Positions 39,599 through 51,956 of a stretch of DNA of 64,000 nt are shown piece by piece. Numbering within the stretch: position 1 is the first letter of the stretch; each line of letters opens with the position of its first letter. The stretch lies in NCBI GenBank assembly GCA_965112735.1, contig OZ218953.1:992001-1056000 (forward strand), written 5' to 3'. The notes below the pieces were generated by a model. The model worked only from the letters and a program-made list of their open reading frames with translations. It was not told the DNA's origin and did no database searches. This DNA comes from Phaeosaccion multiseriatum. Taxonomy: Eukaryota > Protista > Ochrophyta, other classes. The translations under genes were made by a program, and so were the position numbers.

Positions 39599-40572
39599 TC
39601 ACTCACTCGCTCACAGATGGACGAAGACATTGACAACAAGAACACCTTCAACGAGTGGATGCTCGGGGAGGAGAACACAGGCTATGGCTCTCCCACCACA
39701 ACTTGCGGTCAGGTCAGCCTGGCCCCGGATGGAGCGCTCACGAAGACGGGAGGGATCAGGGACCAAGGGGAGTGCTCAAGTGTATTCAGCAGGGCAGAGA
39801 CCACGGGGGATGCGAACTTCATGTACTCATCGGGTAAGTCAACAAATGAATACCCCCACTGCGTCAACAAAGGAGCGGTGCTCCAAGCGGAGAAGTAGAC
39901 TGTAAGAGGTGGCGTGAGTTTGCGCACGATGTATGTACTGCTACGCCCTGCTGGGGAGGGGCGGGTGGTGGCAGTCCTCACAACATGTGGATCCCAGCGC
40001 CCGAGACAGCGTTTATTTGTACGTTGCGCAAACTTGCCTCGCCCCGGTCAGCACATGTACATCACAGGCAATTAAAACAAGTACACCCAACATGCACCCC
40101 CGCCCTTCCCCTCTCCTCCCTTCCCTCCTCTCCCCTCCCCTCCCTCCCTCCCCTCCCTTCTTCCCCTTTGTCTTGTTGCTTTCAGCGGAGTCCCTTGGTG
40201 ACGTATCAGTGCTGCTGGACGACCTCGTGACCGCAAACCGGCACACGGAGTCGGGCTATATCCTCGTGTATGTGGGACCCTGGTACCTGCACTGTCTCAA
40301 TGGAGAGCAGTGGGCGTGTGACGCCGTCGTGGACGGGGAGGAGGTGGCGGCGTTGCAAGGCGCGGGGATTGATACACACGTAAGTAGTCTTATACGGGAG
40401 GGGAGGGGGTGTGCGCACACGCACACACACACACACACACACACAAACAAACAACCGACAAATACACATCGACATTGTCATGTTCCTACCCTCGGATTCG
40501 TCTCGCCCTCTCATTGGCTGGCTCTCTCGCGCTTCCTTGGCCTTTGGCGCTGCTTGCCTCCCCCCCTCCCCG

Positions 40573-40605
<33 letters not shown>

Positions 40606-41186
40606 AAAGGTGGAGTGGTTCGATGAGAAGTATCGCAGGCTTGCGGAGAGAATCCAATCGGAGTTCCCCGGCTACACCCCCATGTATGTGGGCCTCAACC
40701 ACGATTGCTCCCACCAAACAGCATTCGACGAAGTGGTGCAGCAGGTGCGTGCGGGTGTGGGGTGTGTGTGCGCGCGTGCGTGCACGAGTACGCGCGCACG
40801 TGCAGGTCGGGGCATTGGGCTCAGGGCATGGAGTGGCAAGGAGTGTATGGAAAGGAGCTTGGCGTGGGGAGTGGGCAGTTACACTATTGGATAGAGGCAA
40901 GCTAGATTGGCAATATTGGCAGTCACTATTGGATAGAGGCTGGACAGTGGGCAGTCACTATTGGGTACAGAGGCTGGACAGGAAAGGGAAGGGGGGGGGG
41001 GGGGCTTCTTTATGAAATGTGTCCTCTCCTGAGGTCTGCTGCACCAGCCGGACAGGACTGGGCCGCCATCTGCTGCCTTCTTGGGGAGTCACTGACTTGG
41101 AAAGGGGGGGGCATCGGCCCTTGCTTTCAGCCACTGTCCTCCAACCCGACGGTTAACACATAAAACATCGCGTCTTCCCTCCTCTC

Positions 41187-41219
<33 letters not shown>

Positions 41220-44200
41220 TTCCGCCCCCTCTGTGGTGGTGCGCGGGTTACTTATTTTTGTTATTTTTTTGAAATTAAATTAGGTCAACGTGGACTTTAA
41301 CGGGGTGTACGTGAATCTGAATGGAATCACGGGGCATACGGGTGTTAACAAGCCCGATAATATCTACGGGTACCCCCCTCACATCATCAACCTTTCGGTG
41401 TTTCAACGGGTCATGTCCGTGGTGTGTGAAGCGGACCTTGCCACTGACACGGAGTGCGAGGAGCAGGTCAGTTGTAGTCAGTCAGTCAGTCAGTCACTCT
41501 CTCTCTCACTCCCTCACTGCCTTTATTACACCCTCCTCACTGCCTTTCTTCTACCCTCTTCACTGCCTTACTACCCTCCCTCACTGCCTTACTACCCTCC
41601 CTCACACTGTCTTACTAACGTCTCTCGTCAACGGCCATACTTGCGTCCTCACCGCTTTACTACCATCGAATTATCATGGGATTGATGGGCACCATTGCAT
41701 TAGGCTACGGCAGGCAGCATGGGGACGAAGGAGGAGGGAGACGTTTGATAAGAATGTGCAGAGAGAGTTTGGCCAAACCCCTCACCACGAGCTGACACTC
41801 ACATACATACTCACGCACGGAATCACTCGCTCACTCGGTCGCACTGACTGATACAACATACGCGAATCCATCCATCCCTCCCCCCACGCCCCGTCTCTCT
41901 CTCTCTCTCTCGCTCGCTCTCTCGCTCTCTCTCTCCCTGTCTCTCTCTTTCTCTCTCTCTCCCTCGCTCTCTCCATCTGCTCTGTCATGAACGAACGAAC
42001 GCTATTGTGCACTGTGCACAGATGGTGGGCTCAGCCGGCTGTCAGACGGAGTACGAGCACCAGCAAGACGACAATTGGTGGTCTCCTCTCAACAGGGCCT
42101 GCCTGACCGTAAGCTTTGTCAGCACGAACGAAGCCCCAGCTCCAGAGGCAGCCCCAGCCGTGAAAGCACCGATGCCGCTGAAGATGGCATACCCGACAGT
42201 GGCGAGGATGCTAGCCCCGGGAGACCCAAACCTGCTGGTCAACGGCGACTTTTCCGGGGGGCTGACTAGCTGGATTTCCTACGTGAACCCTGCCGCCTCG
42301 GCGGTAGTGACGGTTACGGACGGGGAGGTGGAGTATGCAGTGACGGGGGGCGGAACAGAGGGTTGGCACTTGCAGCTATTTCAGGCAAGTGGGGGAGGGA
42401 GAGAGAGAGAGAGAGAGATGGAGAGAAAAGAGCGGAACAATCACGACCTTTGCTTGAATGAAACAGTCGTCGATCCAACGGAGGACGAGCTGTAGTGACG
42501 AGATGGTGGGTGTGTATGCTCTTTTTTCCTTTAACATCCCCACCCCCTCCTACTGCCCCTTTTGCTGCCATCTTGCAGGAGGTCGCCGTGACGGAAGGCT
42601 CCACATGTAAGCGGCGCGGACGGGTCCGTGAATTCACGGAGCTGTGTCTAGGGTTGGCGTGGCTGGGGTGGTGGGGCCGGGAAACGAAAGGGAAGGACGG
42701 ATAGAGGGCCGTGAGGCGTCGTACGGTCTGCCTGACACCTGGTAGCACAGAAAGGGCGCGCGGCTCATTCCCCTCCCCGTCCCCACCCTCACCTCCTCCT
42801 CTCTCCTCCTCTCTCTCTCTCTCACACACACACACACGCGCACACACACACACACACACAAACACACACCAGACACTTTGTCTATGGACCTACTGTCTGG
42901 CGACGAGGGTCCCCGAGAGGTGTTCCTCTTCATCCAGCAAATCAATTCCCCCTGGACATTCTTTGGGGGCCAAGTGTGTGCGGTGGTGACTGGGGCCACC
43001 ACCCCCTGCACCGTCACCGGCGTCATTCTCTCTGGAGACTCGCCCGTCAAGTTCGGTGTGCAATCTGGTCTGTCGGACGTGGACTTTGCGGTAGCCAATG
43101 CGTACCTTGCGGTGGAGGATGGGGGGGTGCCCACTCCTGCACCCGTGGCGACAGGCGGGAACTTGCTGGTTAATGGCGGCTTTGCCCAGGGCCTGACGGG
43201 CTGGGTACCCTATGTCAACGATGTAGCATCCGCCGTTGTGACGGTTACGGCCGGGGAGGCGGAGTTTGCAGTGGCGGACGGCGGGACAGCGGGTTGGCAC
43301 TTGCAGCTATTTCAGGCAAGTGGAGGAGGGAGGGAGGGAAGGAGAGAGGGAAGAAGGAAGGAAAGGAGGGAGGGGGAGAGGGAGGGACGGAGGGACGAAT
43401 GGAGGGCGGGATAGAGGGATGGAGGGACGTGCGGACAGAGGAAGGAAGGGACGGAGGGAGGGGAGGAGAGGGAGGAGAAGGAGAGGGGTGGAGAGTGTGG
43501 AGAGGGACGAGAGGAGCTCCACGAACTTTCTTGCTTCAATGACAATCATCGATCGAGCAGAGGACGAGCTGATGCGATAAGAAGAGACATGATGTTCATA
43601 TATGGGTGCTTCTTGCCCATGCCTTTGACCACTCCCCCCCCTTCTTCACTCCTGCCTCTTCTGCTGCCATCTTGCAGGAGGTCGCCGTGACGGTAGGCTC
43701 CACATGTAAGCAACGCGGACCGGTCCGAGAAATATCTGTGTGGGGTTGGCGTGGCTGGGGTGGTGGGGCGGGAAACGATAGGGAGGGGCGGACAGAGTGC
43801 CATGAGGCTCTGTGTGGTCTTTGTGGTGTCACAGCCAATGCTCTTCGCTCATCCGCCTCCCCGCCTTCTTACGTCTTCTTCCTCTCTCCCTCTCTCTCTC
43901 TCTCCCCTCCTCCTCCTCCTCTCTCTCTCTCACACACACACACGCACGCACGCGCACACACACGCCAGACACATTGTCTATGGACCTACTGTCTGGCGAC
44001 GAGGGTTTCCGAGAGGTGTTCCTCTACATCCAGCAGATCAATGCCCCCTGGACATTCTTTGGGGGCCAAGTGTGTGCGGTGGTGACTGGGGCCACCACCC
44101 CCTGCACCGTCACCGGCGTCATTCTCTCTGGAGACTCGCCTGTCAAGTTCGGTGTGCAAGCTGGTCTGTCGGACGTGGACTTTGCGGTAACCAATGCATT

Positions 44201-46134
44201 CCTTGTGGAGGGAGAGGTGTTGCCCACTCCTGCACCCACGGTGCCCACTCCTCCACCCACGGTTCCTCCGACACCAGTTCCGTCCGGAACCCCTCCACCA
44301 GTTCCGCCCCCTGGAAGCGGAAACCTCCTTGTCAACGGCGACTTTGCCCAGGGTCTAGCAGGCTGGGAACCCTACATCGAGGAGGGGGAAGCTACCGCTG
44401 TAGTGGCGGTTACGGACGGGGAGGCGGAGTTTACAATTGAAGACGGAGGAACAGAGGACTGGCATCTGCAGCTGTATCAGGCAAGTGGGGGAGGGAGGGA
44501 GGGAGGGAGGGAGGGAGGGAGGGAGGGAGGGAGAGTGGAAGAGGGAGACTCGTCGAGCTTGCTTGAATGGCGATCATCGATCTAGTAGAGGACGAGCTGT
44601 TGTGAATAGATGGTGTATCCGTGCTCCCTTCCTTTAACATCCCCCCCCCCACCCCCTCCTACTACCCCTTCTGTTGCCATCTTACAGGTGGTCCCCGTGA
44701 CGGCAGGCACCACATGTAAGCGGCGCGGTCCGGTCCGAGAAGGATCTGTCTAGGGTTGGCGTGGCTGGGGTGGTGGGCCAAGTCGCGTGCGATGGTGTCT
44801 CTTGTTGTTGGCTGTGGTGTATAGCTGATGGGGTGCTTCGGTCCTCCGCCTCCTTCTCATGTATCGTCTTTCTCTTCATTCTCTTTCCACACACACACAC
44901 ACACACGCACACACGCACACTCACACACTCACACACGCACACACACACACTCACACACGCGCACACACACACGCACACACACGCACACACACACGCACAC
45001 ACGCACCAGATACGGTGTCTGTGCATATGGTGCCTCGTGCGCCGGGTTTCCGTTCGGCTTTCCTCTACATCCAACAGGCTGGCGACCCCTGGGCAATCTT
45101 CGCGCGACAAGAGTGTGTGGCCCACGACTCCGGAGCTGCCCCCTGCACACTCACGGGCACCGTTCTCTCTGCAGACGTCCCCGTTAAGGTTGGGGTGGAC
45201 GCCGGAGGGAGGCGCAAAGACATTGCCATGGACGATTTTGTGCTGGTGAGAGCGGAAGTGAACCTCTTCACCAACCCCGCGTTCGCCGGTGGAGGGGAAG
45301 GGTGGATTACCTACGTGGATCCGAGTGCGGATGCCCTCGTGCTGTTTACCGCGGGAGAGGCGGAGTTTCAGTTCACGACGGCGGGCCCTGAAGACTGGAC
45401 GGTGCAGATGTACCAGGTATGTGTGTGCGTGTGCGTGTGTGTGTTTGTGTGTGTGTGCATACGTGTGCGTGTGTGCATGCATGTGTGTGTGTGTATGCAT
45501 ACGTGTGCGTGTGTGTGGGTGTGTGTGTGCGTGCGTGCGTGCGTGTGTGCGTGTATGTGCTTGTGTGTGTGCGCGGTACGGGGGCGAGCGTAGCAGCCGT
45601 GAAGTTGCGAGGGCGCGATCCAGAGAGAGAGGGAGAGGAGAGAGAGAGAGGGCGGGGAGGGGGGTGAATTTTCTCAAAGCCTATCTTCTTCTCCCTTCCT
45701 TCACCCGCATATCCCTAGCTCCACCCTTCGACCCTCTTGCTTCTCACCCCTCGATAGACTCGATATTTCCTTCCCGCCTTGTTTCTGACCCTTCTCTACG
45801 GCTGGCACTGTCTACCCCCACCCTGCGCACCCTCCTCCCTCTCCCCCCTGCATGACCACAGGAGTTCGCGATTGAAGTAGGCGCAACATATCGCCTCAGT
45901 TTCGACCTGTTGACGCTGTTTGCCGACCGCACCGTATCCGTCATAGTGCAGCAAACCGCAGGGACCTTTGATGTCTTTGCGGAAACAGACTGCGCCCTGT
46001 CCACGACGGTGGTGACCACCTGCAGCCTGACTGTCACGCTGGACGATGCCACGCAGCTGGTGCGGTTCGGGGTACATGCGGGGTTGGTGGCGGAGGACTT
46101 TGTCGTGGACAATGCGGAGCTCGTGTTATTGTAG
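38204..46134 (+). CDS. Putative secreted SGNH/PC-esterase (TBL-like) domain protein with four tandem CBM4/9-like carbohydrate-binding modules
   Basis: Spliced N-domain: C.W.EG.Y..C.FHYY...IAQC....NVIVLGEST (GDS-like motif), ..VGPWY.., [19 protein letters not shown]. Four repeats [12 protein letters not shown]....A..W.LQL.Q...V..G.TY.LS match CBM_4_9. Start and signal peptide are uncertain. Confidence 0.7.
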
Positions 46135-47038
46135 CTATAAAGATTAGAAGGGCGAAGAGTATAAGAGTATACTTTCATTTCAGAGCGTGGTAGTGCCGCA
46201 GAGGTTGCGGTGCGGTGGGCAGAGGGGTAGGGGAGAGAGGAGAGGAGAGGGAGAGAGAGACAGAGCGAGTGAGAGAGACAGCGAGTGAGAGAGACGAGAG
46301 AGATGTATGGATGTATGGATTTAGTCAGCCACTCACTGTCGGTTAGTTAGTTAGGTACGCAGATCGTCAGTTTGTCAGTCAGACAAGTCAGGCGGGTGGA
46401 GAGACCAGCTAGCTCGGGGTTCAGTTTCAATTTCGGTGGGGGGGGGGGCTGGTACCAGCAGTAGGAGAGTACCACGGAAAGTGTACAGTAGTGAGGGAGA
46501 AACGGGTCATGGCTAGCCAGCCCCGAGGGGCCGACCGCTAGGTTGACGAACTACCACAAGAGTGATACCGAGAGAGTGATACCGAGATACCGGCAGATCG
46601 GTATTTAGTTAGGAAAGATGTCCGTACAGTATGAAACTAGAAACGGGAAGCAGGCCTTTGAAGCTGAACCCCCGTAAAAGAAAATATTAAACTCCTTGGG
46701 GGGGGTTGGATCGGGGTTGGATCGGTTGGTTTTGAGCAAAGTCAGCGAAGGGCGATCGTCGTCGGCTCACAGATTGTGGATGCCGAGGTAGACAAGATGG
46801 ATCGGATGTCCCTTTCTCACCCCTATTTAGTCAGCTGTTGCAGAGGTGCTGAGGAGAGCCCCAATAGGGTACCGCATATCCTAGCCTGGGAGACGATTCG
46901 GGATGTTCCCGCCCCAAACTGTTGTGCATGTCGTCATAGCCGGGTGAGATGATATTGAGTCTGTATCTGAGAGTGCGAAAGCAACTTCGCCCGAGGATTA
47001 TAGTAGATCAGTAGTAGCGTAGGAGAGCAGCAGCAGTC

Positions 47039-50000
47039 ATGCCCGCGGCGAGCGGCACAGGCAGTGGAGGGGGTGCCACCGCGAAGGGCGTGCAAGAAGC
47101 CAAGAGTGGCAGTGGCAGCGGCAGTAGGCGCGTCAAATTCAATGAGACCGAGAATACGCCTGCCAGCGGTCCTCCAGTCTCCGCCATGGAGGGTCCTCCT
47201 GTGGAGTCCTCCTCTGCGGCCTCGACTTCGACCTCGTCAACACCGCCTTTCTCGCTTTCCTATCCTCTACCGCCCAAAACTCTGGGTGTGCCTTCGTCAG
47301 CACCGACTACCTCGTCTGTCGCACCAGCGACCGTCGTCAGACACACTGAGCAGCGAGTCTTCAGGTATGAGGGGGGGGGGGGGGCTCTTGAAGCAGAGAG
47401 GGGAAGGGCAAGGTAGAGAGGAGAGAGCCAGAGGGAGAAAGAGAGAAAAGAGACAGGGAAAGAGAGGGAGGCTGTATGTAGGCGATGGCTGACCTGCTTA
47501 CCTCCCTCCCCCTCCCTCCTTTTCCTTCCTTCCTGCTAGCCTTCATATCCACGACATGCAGTTCAGCACCGCTGAGCTGCTCATCAACCCAGACGCCTTT
47601 CCCGGGGTGTCCGCCAACGACCTCCTGGAGATCAGCAAAAAGGACGAGGCAATGCGCCTCGTCTTGCAGGTAAGGAGGCAGGCAACAGGCAGACAGACAG
47701 GCATGCAGGCAGACAGACAGTAGGGAATATGGAGCTTGTGTAGACAGACAGGTAGACAGGCAGGCTGTAGGGACTATGGAGTGTGTGTAGGCAGGCAGGC
47801 AGCTGGCAAGGAGCAGTAGAGAGCACAGAGTATCCCTCTCCCCTCGGTGTGCGCGTTACTGTTTCTTACGGTGGTGCTGCTTTGCGCTGTTGGCTGTGCT
47901 ATTTGTTGGTTGCTACGCTTCTCCCTTCCTCTCTCTCTCTCTCTCTCTCTCTCAGGTGGCATCTGTGGAGTCCATCCGGGGGGCGACAAGACTGCAGGTG
48001 AGGGAGGGAGGGAGGGAGGGAGGGAGGGAGAGGGAGAGGGGAGGGAGGGGAAGGCCTGCTTTCTGCCTCTACCTCGTTCTCATCTTTATATCTATGCCTA
48101 CATCCTTCTCTTTCTCTGTCTATCTGTTCTGTCTGTCATTCTGTTCATGTATGTTCTCTCTCTCCTTCACTCTGCCTCTCTCTCTCTCTGTGTGTCCGCC
48201 TACCCTGCCCATCCTTCCTCATCCTTTCTCTCTGTATGCCCATATACCTTTCCCCGACCCCGCCCATGTACATACACACGTAACACATACGTAGTACTTA
48301 GGTTGATTCCTGTAAGTCACTAAATTCCCATGTACCTTCCCCTGACCCGCAGGTATCACTGCTCAAGTCCGTGGCTGAAGCCTTCGGTCTCGCTGCCTTT
48401 AATGACGTGCGTGTGCGCAAGATCGACGTGCTCGCCACTGTGGAGGCTGATTTCGCCATGTTCACCATCAAAGATCAGGTAGGTGTCAGGACAGGGGGTG
48501 GTGTCAGAGCAGCAAGTGTATTGGCGGCCTCCTCTTACGTACGTACTTACGCGTGTGTGTGTGTGTGTGTGTGCAGTTTGTGCCCCGCGCAGACACATGG
48601 CGCTTCTCCCGGGGGCTGCTCGGACGGGCGGCATACAAGGGAAAGACCTTCAACGTGAAAGGTACGGCATGGCAGCGGATGGGATGGCAGTGGATGGGAC
48701 GGCAGTGGATGGGATGGCAGCGGGTGGGATGGCAGCGGATGGGATGGCAGTGGATGGGGTGGCAGCGGATGGGATGGCAGCGGATGGGATGGCAGTGGAT
48801 AGGATGGCAGCGGATGGGATGGCAGCGGATGGGATGGCAGCGGATGGGATGGCAGCGGATGGGATGGCAGTAGACGAAAGGAGGCTCCAAGTCGAGTCTT
48901 TAGTTTGGCGGCGGACCCACTTCACTCCACCCCACCCTAACCCACCCCACTTCACTCCACCCCACCCCATCCCACTCTACTCTTCACACTGCGTGTCACG
49001 GTGCCTTGTGCTTACGTCAAAAGGTGTGCGCGGAACGGTGAGAGAGCTGTCCGTTGACGGAAAGCCCGTGCTGAGTGCGCTTATCACGGACAAAACCAAG
49101 GTCATCTTCAGGTAATACAGGCAAGGAAGGCTCTCCTCCGCGCTCTGTCGCTCTTTCTCACACCCCTCCCGTCCACCCCCTCGGTCGCGCACCCCTCCTG
49201 TCCCTCCTGCCTGCCTGCCTTGCTTGTGCTTGGGCCGCCACCCTTAAAGGACGCTGAGTACGCGCTTCTTTTGGCTGGTGCAAGTGTCGATCGAAATGTA
49301 CGACTTTGCCCCCGACGGGCAGCTGTATCTAGAGATCTTCATCGACAAGTTTGTCAAGGTAGGGATGGGGGGAGGAAGGAGGGGAGGGAAGGGGAGGAGA
49401 GGGGAGGAGAGGGGAGGCGAGAGGAGGGCGTCCACTGTAATTTCCTCTTCAACCACGGACTCACGGCCTCCCCCCATCCACTGCCATCCACTGCCGTCCC
49501 CTCTTCTCCCATCCACTGCCATCCACTGCCGTCCCCTCTTCTCCCATCCACTGCCATGCACTGCCCCCCCTCTCTTGCTTTGTACGGTTCGATCTCTCCT
49601 CCGAACAACAACAACCGCACACACACACAACACACGCACACACACACAAACGCACACACTCACACACACATGCACGCACACAAAGACGGTGATACGAAAG
49701 TGGAAGGCCCTGCAAGCCACGCACCACCTGACGGTTGTCTTCTTCAGCCGAACCTTCTTCCTCTCCAAGTCCAAGTCGAAGAGGAAGAGGACGAAGAAGA
49801 AGAAGAAGTTCAAGAAGAAGCAGAAGCAGATGCAGCCCGGCGAGGTTGGGGGGGGGAGCGGGGACGAGGAGGGAGAGGCGGCGGTGGAGGAGGAGGAGGA
49901 GGAGGAGGAGGAGGAGGAGGAGGAACTGTTCCAGCGACCGACAGGCATAGATAGTAAGGGGAGGCTGTATGAGGATTTCTACAAAGTTATCATTGAGAAT

Positions 50001-51924
50001 GAGAGCACTGTGGACGTGCAGTACATTTCCCAGCTACTCAAGAAGGTAAGGGAGTTGGTGGTTCAGAGGGAGGAGGGAGGGAGGGAGAGGAGAGGGGAGG
50101 GAGGGACGGGGGGGTGGGAGGAAGGAGGGAGAGGAAGGAGGGAGGAAGGGAGGGACGCGTGAGGGGAGGGAAGGGAGGGAGGGAGGGAGGGGAGGGAGGG
50201 GAGGGAGGGTTGGTTGGCAGGTACGGTGCATACTCTTGTGTTTGTGCTACTCTTCTGAACCATCTCCTCAGCTTTTGTGCTACTCTTCTGAACCATCTCC
50301 TCAGCTTTTGGGCTACTCTTCTGAACCATCTCCTCAGCTTTTGGGCTACTCTTCTGAACTATCTCCTCAGCTTACTGACAGAGCGGAGATGTCGACCATT
50401 TTGTATCACGCACACACACACACGCACGTAAACACGCACACACATACACACCATGCACACACACGCACACACGCACACAAACAGGAGATGCTAGCCTTCC
50501 CCGCGCTTCTGGGATGGTGCCGGCCCGTGGACCTGGCCTTCAGAGCACCGAGCAGCGGCAAGGGAGAGGGAGAGGGAGAGGGGCTTTCTTCCTTCCTTCG
50601 GTCCAGGGGGGGGGGGGGGAGCGGGGATGGGCTGCACAGAGAGTTCTCAATGGCACAAGACGAGGACGATGACGTCGGCAGGAGTGACGTGGTGAGGAGG
50701 GAGGGAGGGGCGGAGGGAGGGGAGGGAGTAAGGGAAGGAGGGGGGGAGGAAGGGGGGGAGGGGAGGGAGGGAAGGGAGGGAAGGGGGGAAGGAAGAAGAA
50801 GGGAGGGAGGGAGTTAGTGGAGGCCCCGTGGCGAGAGACGGGGAGAATGAAGTGCACTCGCAATCATCACATGCTCCTGATCTGACCAGCGCTTCCCATT
50901 CATCCTCCTCCTCCTCCTCCTCCTCCTCCTCCTCCTCCTCCTCCCCCTCCGTCCTCCTCCTCCTCCTCGTCGTCCTCCTCCTCCTCCGTCCTCCCTCCCT
51001 CCTCCTCCTCCTCCTCCTCCTCCTCCTCCTCCTCCTCCTCCTCCTCCTCCTCCTCCTCCTCCTCCCCCTCCTCCTCCTCCTCCTCCTCCTCCTCCTCCTC
51101 CTCCTCCTCCTCCTCCTCCTCCTCCTTCTCCTCCTCCTCCTCCTCCTCCTCCTCCTCCTCCTCCTCCTCCTCCTCCTCCCTCCTCCTCCTCCTCCTCCTC
51201 CTCCTCCTCCTCCTCCTCCTCCTCCTCCTCCTCCTCAGTTGGATGCGATTGGCATCCCCTCCTACGCTGCAGAGGGTAACTTCTTGGAAGCCATTAACGT
51301 GACTCTCAATGTGCTGGAGAGGCACTTTCTAGACAGGGACCTCACACGCTCAGGTCAGGGCAGGACAGCTCAGTCACATTTGAGAGGGGGGGGGGGGGGT
51401 GGGGGGAGGAAGGAGGAGGAGGACGAAGAGGTGGTGGTGGTGGTGGTGGTGGTGGTGGTGGTGGAGGAGGAGGAGGAGGAAGAGGAGGAGGGAGGAGGAA
51501 GGAGGGCGTCATCTGTTGCCATCCATCCATCCATCCATGCTCAAGGTTCTCTCTACTATGCCTTTTCCTCCTCCTGCTGCGGTGTGCCCAACTGCTGCTG
51601 ATGTCTCACCAACTCCTGTTGTTGTTCCTCCTCTTCCTGCTCCTCCGCCTGCGGTTGACATACTTCCTCCCTCCCCCCTCCTCCCTCCCCTCCTCTCCCT
51701 CCCTCCCCAGGCAACTCTATCGTCACCATCAGCGCGTCAGAGGGCACGTTCGAGGTGGACCCGGACCTAGCTGGCATCACCAAGCAGAGGATGATGGACA
51801 ATGGCATCGGTACGTAGGCCTACGTAGGCTTACGTCGGTGTGCATGTCGGAGAGTGTCTTTGTTCATCAATGCACTCCTGTCTGTCTGTCTGTGTTGTGT
51901 TGTTCTCTCTTCCTCTCTCTCTCT

Positions 51925-51956
<32 letters not shown>

